A stretch of 53,464 bases of DNA from Prorocentrum cordatum (taxonomy: Eukaryota): positions 62,001-115,464 of the forward strand of contig CAUYUJ010000315.1 in the NCBI GenBank assembly GCA_963575745.1, written 5' to 3'. The notes below the pieces were generated by a model. That model was given only the letters and a program-made list of their open reading frames with translations. It ran no database searches and was not told the origin of the DNA. The translations under genes and the position numbers were made by a program. Positions 12,969 to 24,270 of the stretch are shown piece after piece (position 1 is the first letter of the stretch; each line of letters starts with the position of its first letter).

Positions 12969-13300
12969 CTCCGGGCATTCAAAATGTGGCCCAGGAATGG
13001 AGTTCTGGGAAGTCGAAGAACACGAAGCGGCCTACAGTTGGCTCCGGGCATTCAAAATGCGGCCCGGGAATGGTGTTCTGGGAAGTCCAAGAGCACGAAG
13101 TGGCCTACAGTTGGATCCGGGCATCCAAAATGTGGCCCGGGAATGGAGTTCTGGGAAGTCGAAGACCACGAAGTGGCCTACAGTTGGCTCCGGGCATCCA
13201 AAATGCACGCCGGGAATAAAGTTCTGGGAAGTCGAAGAGCACGAAGTGGCCTACAGTTGGCTCCGGGCATCCAAAATGTACGCCGGGGATGGAGTTCTAG
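12969..13300. repeat. 73-bp tandem repeat, ~4.5 copies
   Basis: CCGGGCAT recurs at 12971, 13044, 13117, 13190 and 13263. Confidence 0.9.
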
Positions 13301-13827
13301 CAGCGCCAAGAGCGATTTTGCGAGGATGTTCCAAGCGATTTGGGCTTCGGCGGCACCGCCCCGGGTCCCGCCCCGACCCCCCTGTGGAGTCATCTGCTGC
13401 TCTCTTTTGAGACCACTAGAAACCTATCAGCAAAAGCTGTTACGTAAATACCACAAAGATAATCCAAAAATAATCCAAAAATGGTCTGGGGACTATTTTA
13501 GGGTATTGTTTGACCTTGTTGGGGTATTTTTGGTGTATTTTTTATGTTTCGTCGACAATCCCCCTGTAGGGGGACACGCCCGACAGAACATTACCACCTG
13601 CTGAGCATTTTCTTTGGGTGGAGGGCAAAGGGTGTGAAATCCGAGCATTTTCTTTGGGTGGAGGGCAAAGGGTGTGAAATCCGAGATGCAGCCTCGATTG
13701 GTTCTCGAGGCTTGAGTCTGCAAAAGGTGGATCACAAGACGGATGGACCCTCGAGGTGCAAAAGAGCCCACATGGATCTCGCCCCGAGCCCTCCACCCTC
13801 AGGAAATGCTCAGACCAGAACGAGTGG

Positions 13828-14001
13828 TAAAACGACGCGAAGATCGGGACAAAATCGGATCGGGATAACTCGAAATCTCTGAGAATCGGCTGGTTTGGAG
13901 GATGTATTGGGCGCCGCGGCCGCTCTCAGAGCGTTCCGGAACGCTCTGAGAGCGCTCCGGAACGCTCTGGAGCGATTTATCCCGATCCTAGCCCTGTTTT
14001 A
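13828..14001 (+). mobile_element. MITE family B (TA-flanked, imperfect TIR TAAAAC..GATCGGGA)
   Basis: Near-identical inverted copy at 38380-38552; internal palindrome CTCTCAGAGCGTTCCGGAACGCTCTGAGAG. Confidence 0.85.
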
Positions 14002-14252
14002 AGTGGAGCTCCTCCGCCGCCAGCTCCGGCTCCCGCCCGCCCGCGCCCAGCGCGCGCGGCTCCTGGCTCCGCGCGCGCGGCTCCGCGGCGGCCCCGCGCG
14101 GCTCCTCCGCCGGCCCCTCGCCGGGGCGGCGGGGGTCGCCGGCGGACGCCCCGGGCTGGTCGGCGGCGCCCGCGACCGCCGCCTGTGCACCGTGCGCCGC
14201 CCTCGTCGTCGACGACCGACGGCCGACGGCCGACGGCCGACGGCCGACGAGC

Positions 14253-14284
<32 letters not shown>

Positions 14285-14289
14285 CGACG

Positions 14290-14346
<57 letters not shown>

Positions 14347-14558
14347 CCCAGCGACAGCTGCTGACAGGCATCCCGGGGCGAGAAGGCCTCCAGGAACCAA
14401 CGAGGGCGCCCGACGACTTCCAGCAGCTCCTGGGAAACCAGGGGCGAGAGCAGAACACACGAGGCGAGAGAAGGATGGCCGGGAAGGTTTCGCGACAAGC
14501 AGCTTCACGACAAGGAAGAGACATATTCACGACAAGCAAACCCACGTTCGTCACCCAG

Positions 14559-14963
14559 TTTCGCCGCCCACTGTCGCCGCCCACTTTCGCCGCCCACTTT
14601 CGCCGCCCACTTTCGCCGCCCACTTTCGCCGCCCACTTTCGCGCCGCCCACTTTCGCCACCCACTCTCGCCGCCCACTTTCGCCACCCACGTTCGCCACC
14701 CACTTTCGCCGCCCACTTTCGCCACCCACTTTCGCCGCCCACGTTCGCTACAGTGGGCGGCGAAAGTGGGTGGCGAAAGTGGGTGGCGAAAGTGGGTGGC
14801 GAAAGTGGGCGGCGAAAGTGGGTGGCGAAAGTGGGCGGCGAAAGGGGCGGCGAAAGTGGGCGGCGAAAGTGGGCGGCGAAAGGGGGCGGCGAAAGTGGGC
14901 GGCGAAAGTGGGCGGCGAAAGTGGGCGGCGAAAGTGGGCGGCGAAAGTGGGCGGCGAAAGTGG
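14559..14963. repeat. Head-to-head 13-bp minisatellite (TTTCGCCGCCCAC)n then (GTGGGCGGCGAAA)n, forming a ~400-bp foldback
   Basis: Orientation switches at ~14750. Confidence 0.9.
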
Positions 14964-15544
14964 GCCGCGCCTCTCGACGGCCCCGGGTCCCAGCGGGCGA
15001 AAGCCTCCCGTCGCACGCCTTTGCTCGCGGCGAGCGGCCGCGAGCGCCATGCCTCGCGAGCGGAGCGCGCCTGCCTGGCTTTCCTCCCGAGTCACTCTTG
15101 GACGGCCCCCAGGCGCCGGGCGAGGGCCCAAGGTGCCAAACACCTGCCAGAGTGCCTTTTCGAGTAGGAGGAGGGGGAGGAGAGGAGGAGGGAGGAGGAG
15201 GAGGAGGAGGAGGAGGAGGAGGAGGAGGAGGAGGAAGGAGAGGAGGAGGAGAGGAGGAGGAGGGAGGAGAAGAAGAAGGATCCGAGTCGCTTTTGGACGG
15301 CCCTGGGCGCCTGGCGAGTGCCCAAGGTGCCAAACACCTCCCACAGTGCCTTTCTCGAGGCCTCCCAGATGCGGCCCGAGCCGATGGGATCGGAAGATCG
15401 CGGAGCATCGTCGATGCATCACTGATGCATCGGCGCCGTCGGCGTGGGGAAATCATGGCTCCACATCCAGCCGCATCATCGATGCATCGGCGATGCGGAG
15501 CGATCCTTCGACCCCATCTGCTCGGACCTCATCTGGGAGGTCTG

Positions 15545-16515
15545 GAGGAGGAGGAGGAGAGGAGGGAGGAGGAGGAGGAGGAGGAGGAGGAGGATGAGAG
15601 GAGAGGAGGAGGAGGAGAGGAGGAGGAGGAGGAGCCGAGGAGGAGGGGGAGAAGAGGGGGGGAGGAGAGGAAGGAGGAGGAGGAGGAGGAGGCCGAGGAG
15701 GATGAAGAGGGGGAGGAAGGGGGGGGAGAAGGAGGAGGAAGGAGGAGGAGGAGTAGGAGGAGGAGGAGGAGGAGGAGGAGAAGGAGGAGGAGGAGGAGGA
15801 GGAGGAGCAGGAGGAGGGAGGAGGAGGAGGAGCAGGACGAGGAGGAGGAGGAGGAGCAGGAGGAGGAGGAGGAAGAGGAGGAGGAGGATCAGGATGAGGA
15901 GGGAGGAAGACAAGGAGGACCCATCTAGGAGGCCTGGATTTGTATGCTCGAGCCAGCGAGAGGGCCCGCGAAGGCCTGCGCGCCCGGCACGCGCGGCGGG
16001 CCCCAGGCACCCTCCGCGCGGAGGCCCTCCGAGGCGCCGCCGGCCAGCGCGCCGGCCGCGGGCCGCAGGCTGCCCAGGCTCCACGAGCTGGACAGGGAGT
16101 GCCGGGCGGCGCCCTCGCGGCCCAGGCGGTCCAGCGCGGTCGGGGCCTCGCTGGGGGGGCGACGACGACGACGACGACGCCGCGACGCCGACGACGCCGC
16201 GACGACGACGACGATGACGACCTCCTGCTCGTCCTCCTCCTCCTCCTCCACCACCTCCTTCTCCTCCTCCTCCTCCTCCTCCTCTTCCTCCTCCTCATCC
16301 TCCTCCGCCATCTCCTCCGCCTCCTCCTCCTCCTCCTCCTCCTCTCCTCCTCCTCCTCCTCCTCTCTCCCCGCCTCCACCTCCGTCTGCGCCTCCGTCTC
16401 CGCCCGTCTCCGCCTCCGTCTCCGCTTCCGCCTCCGCTTCCGCCTCCTCCTCCGCCTTCTCATCCTCCTCCTCCTCCTCCTCCTCCTCCTCCTCCTCCTC
16501 CTCCTCCTCCTCCTC
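15545..16515. repeat. (GAG)n and (CTC)n tracts flanking a GC-rich island at ~15950-16160
   Basis: Seen directly. Confidence 0.85.
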
Positions 16516-16631
16516 CATACCTATACGACCGCCCTGCGGGCGAGAAGGAGGTTGGTGGGGATTGAGATCAAATGCCCACCCTGACTGACCTCCAGCCTGT
16601 CACCTTGATCTCATCTCTCTCTTTCTCTCTG

Positions 16632-16665
<34 letters not shown>

Positions 16666-16669
16666 AGAC

Positions 16670-17145
16670 AAGAAAAGATGGATTGGATTGGCCCACCGCA
16701 GGCGCAGAAACAAATGAATTGATGGGTTGGGTTGGATGGATTGGATTGGGTGGGATAAGATAAGATGGGACAAGATGGGTTGGATAAGATAATATGGGTT
16801 GGATTGGACAAGATTGATTGGATAAGATCAGCTGGATTGGGAAAGAAAGCCCGCCGCAGGCGCCGTCAAAAATGAATTGATGGATTGGGTTGGATGGATT
16901 GTGTTTGGATGGGATAAGACGGATTGGATAAGATAAGATGGGTTGGATTGGAGGAAACGGATTGGATAAGATAAGATGGATTGGATTGGCCCGCCGCAGG
17001 CGCAGAAACAAATGAATTGATGGGTTGGGTTGGGTGGATTAGATTGGGTGGGATAAGATAAGGTTGGACAAGATAAAATCGATTGGATTGGACAAGATGG
17101 GTTGGATATGACAAGCTGGATTGGATAAGAAAGCCCACCGCAAGC
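16670..17145. repeat. GGATT/GGATAAGAT pentamer satellite with ~150-bp higher-order unit
   Basis: CCGCAGGCGC..AAATGAATTGATGG recurs at ~16696, ~16853 and ~16993. Confidence 0.85.
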
Positions 17146-17622
17146 ACCGAAAAAAATGGTTTATGAAATTAGCGACATGCGTTAGCGTCGGGACGCCCGG
17201 GACACCCGGGGCACCCAGGACACCGCCCGGCCCAACTGGGACACCTCCCCGCCACCGGCGGACGGGAAACGGACTTTCGCTCTTACTGACACCCGGGACA
17301 CCTGGGACACCGCCAGGCCCAACTGGGACACCTCCCAGCCACTGGCGGACGGGAGCGGACTTTCGCTCCTATTTTGGCCTAGCTACAGGAGGATCACGCG
17401 CAGCTTCGCCTCGCCCGCACGCGCGACACGAACATGAAACCGAAACCGATTTCCCGGTGGGGGGTCTCCGTTTCACTGCGATCTCACCCCGCAACCTCCG
17501 ATGTTTCTCCTCCTCCTCCTCTTCCTCCTCCTCCCCCTCCTTCTGCTCCTCCTCCTCCTCCTCCTCCTCCTCCTCCTCCTCCTCCTCCTCCTCCTCCTCT
17601 TCTCATCCTCTGCCTCCCTTTT

Positions 17623-19548
17623 ATCCGCCGACCCCTTGTGGGTCTCTAGGCGTGTGAGACAGTTCCCCCCCATATTCCCCCCCACCCCAGGGACCCCAAA
17701 CCGGAGATTTGACCCCCCCCCTCGCCGACGACGAGCGCGTCACGGGGCTTTTCTGGGCCCACAAGGGGCTCAAGACGAGCCAAGAAGGCTTCAAGACGCT
17801 TCCAAGACGGCCCACGAGGGCCCCGAGACGCCAAACGAGCGCTCCAAGACGCCCAAGATGGCCCAAAGACGGGCTAAGAGGCCTCCTAGACGGCCCAAGA
17901 GGTCCCCACGAGGCCCCAAGAGGCCTCCAAGATGCGTCCCAAGAGGGTCCTTAAACGCAGAAGTTGGCACATTCCCTTCGTAAAACGTATATTTTTCACA
18001 TATTCGCCTGTTGGGCTTTCCGATGCTCCCAGACGGCCCCAAATGCCCCCAAGACCGCCCCAAGACGGCCCAAGAAACCTCAAAGAGGGTCCCAAGATAG
18101 CCCAAGAGGGCCCCAAGACGGCCCAACAGGCGTCCAAGACGGCCCAAGAGGGCCCCGAAGACGGCCCCAAGAGCGCTCCAGGAGCGCTCCAAGTGGCCCC
18201 CAAGAGAGCTCAATATGGTCCCAGACGGTCCAAGAGCGATCGAAGACACCGAAGATGGCCTCCAGACGGCCCAAGATGCCCCCAAGAGGCCCCAAGAGGC
18301 ATCGAAGATGCGCCCCAAGAGGGCCTCTAAACTCAAAAAGTTGGCCCGCCCCCCTCGTAAAACGTGGACTCGTTCCATAAATTCGCCTTTGGGGCTTTCC
18401 GACGCTCCCAGACGAGACCGCACCAGGACGGTCCAAGAAACCTCTAAGAGGGCCCCAAGACAGCCCAAGAGGGCCCCAAGACGGCCCAACAGGCGCCGAA
18501 GACGGCCCAAGAGAGCCCCGAAAACGGCCCCATGAGCGTTCCAGGAGCGCTCCAAGTGGCTTCCAGGAGAGCTCAACATGGTCCCACACGGCCCAGAAGC
18601 GATCGAAGACACCCGAGATGGCCTCCAGCTGGCCCAAGACGCCCCCAAGGGGCATCCAAGATGCGTCCCAAGAGGGTCCCCACACGCAAAAAAATGCTCA
18701 TTTCCTTCGTAAAGCGTATATGTTGCACGACTTCGTCTCGTGGGCTTTCCGACGCCCCCGAAGACCGCCCCAAGACGGCCCAAGAGGCCCCCAAGACGGC
18801 CCCACGACGGCCCAAGATGGCCCCAAGACGGCCCAAGAGGTCCCCAAGACGGCCCAAGAAGGCCCCAAGACAGCACCAAGAGGGGCCCAAGAGGGCAACC
18901 AAAAATTCAAAAATCTAGCTTTCTGCCCCCACGAGCCCCAGAGGGCCCCAAGAGTGCCCCAAGAGGCCGCCAGAGGCCCCCAAGAGGCCGCCAAGACGCC
19001 CCAAGGAGCCCCCAAGAGGCCCCCAGGAGGCCCCCCAAACACCCCCAGACGCTTCCGTATTGCGAGCCGTCAAGCCAACTGCAATGCACTCCGCGCATAC
19101 AACCTTACTCTTCCTCGCGACGTGCTCACTATCTTGCTGGGCGCTAAGGTGCTGCTGCCGCGCGAACTGTTTCGTGCGCGCTGCGAACGTCAACAGCCTC
19201 TTCACCCGTTTCGACTCATCTGCCACATCTTTCGCGGTGATGCCTCGCTGATCACAGCTTCCGCACGCTACTCTTGCTCCGTTCGTCTTCCGGTGGTCCT
19301 CCACTTGGTTGCGGGTCGAAAGGCCGACCTCCTAGAAGGACACCCCGCACCCGGGTGCACAGCACGGAAGGCGCTCGCAAAACACGCCCCAGACCACCGG
19401 CATCACGCAAACATTTGGACCCCCTACGTATCTGCCACCACCCGCGCGCGACACCGCACCCTCACACAAAACGCCGCTGGCCAGAAACTCCTGGCCTCGC
19501 AACACTCACACAAGGGGTCGGCGGATGTGGCGTAAGCCTGTAGAATCA
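17623..19548 (+). mobile_element. Non-autonomous Helitron2/Helentron-like element with asymmetric inverted repeats, containing CCAAGA(C/G)GGC satellite
   Basis: 5' ATCCGCCGACCCCTTGTG (17623-17640) is a perfect inverted match to CACAAGGGGTCGGCGGAT (19509-19526), followed by hairpin GGC-GTAA-GCC and AGAATCATT; same architecture at 36139-37668. Confidence 0.55.
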
Positions 19549-21421
19549 TTACATCGCACCAGACTTATGGGCGTCGGTGGTCTAGGGACCTTTCCCTTAC
19601 AACCATTTCTTTCCCGTCGGGGAGGAGTTTACCCCTCCCCTTTACCCCCTCCCCTGGACTTGGACAGGGGGGTCCGCGAGGGGTTGGAGCGTTCAAGATG
19701 GCCCAAGACGGCTCCAAAAATGCCTCAGAGAGCCCAAGATGACCTCCAAGATGGCTCAAGATTTTTTTTGGAGAAGAAGGAGGGGCAAACAGGAGGGGAC
19801 GACCGCAACAGCACTCGAATCACCTGTGCACTCCGTGGCGACACGCGGCAGAGATTGACCAGCGGCCTCATTTACAACCACATCCAAGAAGTAAAAAGGC
19901 ATTGGCGAGAAGAACTGAAATGGCCGGCCGCGTAGACGTCACCACATTCAGGGGGAAGGGGAAGAGGAGGGGGTTGACGACGAGGAGGAGGAAAAGGAGA
20001 CGAGAACGGACAGTGGCGCTGTGTGTGTGTGCATAAAACCCCTATGGCCCCAGCGACCATTTATATAATGAGGCCTCACAGAACAACTCAAGACAGGAAC
20101 CCGCAGTGCATACCAATTTGAAGACCATGCGATGGCGTGGCAGAGAGAAAGCATCCCCAGATGCCTATGAAGCGAGAAGCAGAGGCGGGAAAGGGGAGGG
20201 AGGCGGAAAGCAGAAGGCGAGAAGGAGGAGGAAGAAACACACGATAACTAACTTGAAGCTCCTGGCATGCCCGTGAGCACGGGTGGCAAGCAGTATTGCA
20301 CTAAATCTGGGCGCGGGGCACGCGTCAGAGTAATGATGCAACGTAATGAAACTAGGGCGGCCGTGAGAGAGCCAAGCCCCGCCCGGAGCACTGTGCAAGC
20401 CTAAGGCGGACCCTGGGAACCCAGGGTGGCGGCCTACAAGGTCGGGCAGTACCGGGCGAGGAAGCGGCCTCGACCTGGATGCAAGCAGTGCCACTGCACC
20501 AATCCGGAGAAAGACCAGGGGGGGGAGGGAAAGCAGCTGCGCGCTCGTGCCGAGCGTCCTGGGGCAAAACTGTGCTGACTGCAGCGCCCTGGGGCGACCT
20601 AGTTAAACGGTCGTTTTTATTACATATATATATATATATGAAGAAATAGAGAGAGAGAGAGAGAGAGAAAAAAAAAAAAGAGAGAGAGATTGAGATTGAG
20701 AGGGAGAGAAAGAGAGAGAGAGAGAGAGAGAGACAGGAGGCCGAATGCCAGCCGCTTGGGCAGCTGCGCGACGCGCCGAGCAGCAGCAGGGGTGAGAAGA
20801 GTGGCCCAGTCAGGGCTCCCGTGCCGGTAGAGCTCGAGCGCAGCTTCGCGAAGCAGAACGGGAGGGCCCCGCCAGTCGAGCTGCCGAGGAGCGACAGCGA
20901 GGTCGGGACACACACCCGAGAGGCCAGACCGCGGGCCGGGCCCCCGGCCGAAGGGCTCAAAGTAGAACCGCCTCTCCCGATCCGAGGCGCGCGCCTTGCG
21001 ACCCAGCTGCGCGACCACCGACCAGAGCCACATCCGGAGCCACCTGCGCCAGGGCAGAGTGAGAGAGTGAGAGAAAGTGAGAGAGAGAGAGAGGGAGAGA
21101 GAGGTTCGCCTGCGCCCGCTGGAGGAGGGAACTGCCTTCGGGCCGGAGCTCGCCCCATTCGCTGGCGCGCCTGCGTGCCTGGCGCTGCCCGTGGATGGAC
21201 TGGTCGCTCCGAGCATCGCTCGAGCAGCAGGCGGGCCCGGCGCCTGGAGGCGCGGGAGGCCTCGGGGAGGGCGCCGCCCCCGCCCGGAGAGGCAGGAGCG
21301 CGCAGCGCCAGTCGAGCGCCCCCTCCTGCCGACAACCCATCCCTCGAGTGAGGTCGGCCACCGCGCGGCGCTTGCGCCTCTCGGAGCCAGCGCCGCGCGC
21401 GACCGCCAGGCTCCAGGTGGA

Positions 21422-21600
21422 GACCCAGACATGATGGCGTCGTAAAAAAATCCGGACGGGAGGTTTTTCGCTATTTTCGGCCCATGGGGGTCCTCGCCGG
21501 GCCTCGGGGCCGTCAAAAAACGAATCATGACGAAAAACCGGCCCCGGGGAAAGGGTCTGGACTTCCAGGGGCGCCGTCCTGAAAAAAATCAGGACGTCGC
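21422..21600. mobile_element. Half of foldback family R/F, ending at its apex where the RdRp sequence begins
   Basis: Ends ...ATCAGGACGTCGC as at 10517-10530. Confidence 0.65.
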
Positions 21601-23103
21601 ATGTCTGGGGAGCCTGGCCCCAGGGCCGAAGGAGTCGGAGGCCCAAGGGTGGGGCTGCAGGGTGGTGGAGGGGGGGAGGAGCGGGCAGGCTGTCCAGCCC
21701 TGGGAGGTGTAGATGACCTTCAGGTGCTCGGCGGCGTCGGCCCCGACGATGCCCTTCTCGGGGTGGCCGATCCCCAGACGCTCAAGCTGTCTGAAGTAGC
21801 GGGCGGCGCCCTCCGGGTTGGCGAAGCAGGCGAGCAGGTCGTCGCCGAGCACGGCCTCCTCCACGGCCGTGGCGCTCACGGTCTCCAGGAGCGCGAGGTG
21901 CAGGGCCCAGGGGAGGATGCTGTCCAGGCCCTGGGTGGCACGCCACCCGGAGCCGACCCCCCGGTCGGCCGTGAACGCTTCGCCCCCAGCGGTGAAGCGC
22001 GCGGCGTGCAGGACGTGGAGCCCGTGGTCCAGGGCCTGCTGCCACTCCGCCTGCGTGCTGCCAGCCTCCCCTGGCAGCCGCCCCACCAGCATGGCCAGCA
22101 GCCGGTGGGCCCTCTCGACTGTGCCCCACCGAGGCAGCTGGTCGAACTTCTTGGTGTCCGCTGAGATGCAGCCGCACTTGCCGCGCAAGCGTCGGACGAT
22201 CCGCTCCCGGCGCGCGAGCGAGTCGGCGCTCGTCTCCCAGACGACCGGGAGCACGCCCGGGAGGACCCGCTCCATGCGCTGGAGGAGGTAGCCCTCCCGG
22301 AGGGCGACCTGGGCCAGCGAGGGCACCGCGTCTCTCCACTTGCCCGTCTCCCTCTTGACGAGGGAGCGCACCGCGGGAGGGGCGAAGTCGTCGGGAAGGC
22401 GCCAGCCGTGGCCGCACCCACCCTCCGCCAGCAGCCCGAGCCACCCGGCACACTTGGTTCCCTCCAGGGCAGAGGCGCCCTTGGAGAGAGCAGCACCCTC
22501 AGGCGTTCGCAGGGCCGACTTCCCGAGCGAACCCGCTGTTCCCCACTTGCCGGAGAGGACGAACTCGCCCCAGGGCACCCACGGCTGCCCTCCCGGCTGG
22601 CCTCCACGATAGCGGCCCTCCATGATCGCGAGCCCCCTGTGGAACAGCCAGTTGACCTCCCGAGCCTGGGCCCGGGCCAGGCCGGGTTGGTCAGGGCCGA
22701 CCAGCCAGCGCCTCAGCCTTTCGAGAGTCAGCTTGCCGTCCTTGTCGGTCCGGGCCGGATCGGGCATCGAGCCGAAAAAAGTGTCGAGGCCTTGAACGAA
22801 CCATATCCAACCCCCGTCCGGCAGACGGGAGTCGGCCTGGTCCCTGTGCTTCCAGAAGGCGCCAACCTTGCCGAGGATGCATTTTAAGTGGTGGGTGGAG
22901 GAGGAGGAGAGCTCGGCTTTGAGGAAGAGGCGTTGGGCGTCAGCGCGAACGGGAGAGGGCGTGACATCGAGGATCAGAGCTAGCCGCGCCTCCACAACTG
23001 GGTGGGGCCAGCCACGACGCGTCCAAGGGAGGAGCTTGAGGAGGGCCGGGGGGGGGGGCGGTAGGAGTGGGGCGGGCAGGAGCGGAACCACTCTTCGCTC
23101 CAC
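21589..23103 (-). pseudogene. Endogenous viral element: toti-/giardiavirus-like (Ghabrivirales) RNA-dependent RNA polymerase, C-terminally truncated; probably extends 5' to 23307 via a frameshift
   Basis: Motifs in the correct order: WGTAGS; motif F KRETGKWR (~22332-22356); motif A DTKKFDQ (~22138-22158); motif B GSGWRATQGLD (~21920-21955); motif C GDD (21838-21846); HPEK; AEHLKV; LQPHPW. Confidence 0.88.
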
Positions 23104-23307
23104 TCCACCTGCCCAGGGCTTACGGAGGGGGGAGTGAGCCAGACCTCGTTGTAGCCCCGCTGGACCTCGTCTGCGGCGCGGTCCAGCGGGCCCAGGCCCT
23201 ACTCAGCAGTGGTCCGCCCGCTCGCAGCGAGCGTGCCGTGCGGGTCTGCCAAATGCCGCCGTCGCCTTCGAGATGGGCGTCCGCCCCCTGCCAGACCGGT
23301 GCCCCTC

Positions 23308-24270
23308 GGGAGAGCATGCTACGCATGGAATGAATTGAATAGAAGATGAGGTGTTGGATCCGTGAGTGGATCAGCCTAGACAGTATCATGGTCAGAGGCT
23401 TTGATGCCTCCATTGATTGTGGGTCGGCTATGATGCCAGCCAATGCCCACCCCGTCCCGTATCCAGGGACTTCGCATTCCCCTTTGATGGCAGGATGGGG
23501 AGACGGTCCGCCACCCCCGGCACTGCACGTACTGTGCCGGGTTCGTGGGGATTTTGTTGAATTCTATGAGTGTCCCCTCCCTCCCCTCCCCGCCCCTCTA
23601 CCTCCGCGCCTGGTCCTGTGAGTGGGGAGCCAAGTAACGTATACACCGTTTTGACTCCGAGTCCCGGTGACGATCACAACCTGCAGAGCTTGCACGAGTT
23701 TGCACGAGTTAAGACCAAAGGGTTACCAGGTAAGGTCTGCAGGCGGGAGGTCTGGACTAAAGGGCTACCAACTAGACGTCTGAAGTGGGAGGTCTGGACC
23801 AAAACGTTACCGGTCAGAGCTAGCCCAAGGGTGAAAGGCAGGAGTGACGAGGGGGTAGGGCCTTTTCTGACCGCGAGCCTCTACCAACCCAGTAAGTATA
23901 TGTTGGGGCCTACCCACCTCACATGCATCACAGCCGAGGTGGCCAGTGGCGCGTGCCTTCACGAGCCCAGCTGTCAAACACTGATACAGAGTAGCCCGAA
24001 ACCCCAGTCAAGTGGTCCCGGAACGCGCGCAAGGCCTCGGAGCGCAAGTTGTCCGGAAAAGTGTACTGGGCCACGCGCGCCACGATGCCTAGGATGATAC
24101 CCCGCTTCGTGCTGTCAGGGATGAAGCTGTAGTAGGGCGAGAAACCTTCAAACTCAAAGGCGCCGCCCCTGCCCCCAAGATGTCCGATCGAAGGGCATGC
24201 CTCCACGCTGCCGTCCACGTTAAGCTTAAGGTCAACACCTACGAACTTGAGGCTATCATCTCGTTCGAGC
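23308..24270 (-). repeat. 3' pLTR copy (RT C-terminus + 620-bp 3' UTR)
   Basis: About 19 substitutions vs 28692-29654 counted by eye (~98% identity), constant offset 5384. Confidence 0.95.

Larger units (their letters stand above)
12274..13585. mobile_element. TIR element (MITE family A) expanded by internal satellites
   Basis: TIRs GTCGGGCCTGTCCCCCATACAGGGGGATTTTCGACGAA / TTCGTCGACAATCCCCCTGTAGGGGGACACGCCCGAC; short copy at 39332-39508. Confidence 0.8.

Noticed and set aside
12969..13300. Regular repeat array as a possible CRISPR
   Set aside because: Head-to-tail 73-bp units with no unique spacers, no cas genes, eukaryotic context
14003..15928. 641-aa ORF with AAHFRRPLSPPTF repeats
   Set aside because: Translation of a 13-bp minisatellite and microsatellites
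17791..19050. Repetitive ORFs (LGRLGALLG / PRRPKRAP) here and at 35900-36870 and 40100-41220
   Set aside because: Translations of the CCAAGA satellite
21589..23103. Reverse transcriptase or cellular (RNAi) RdRp
   Set aside because: It has DxxxFD, SGWRxT and GDD viral palm motifs, not YxDD with QG, and not the DxDGD double-barrel motif
23981..24003. CTGATAC..CGAAAC as a hammerhead core
   Set aside because: Not CTGANGA, antisense to the element, and inside RT coding sequence
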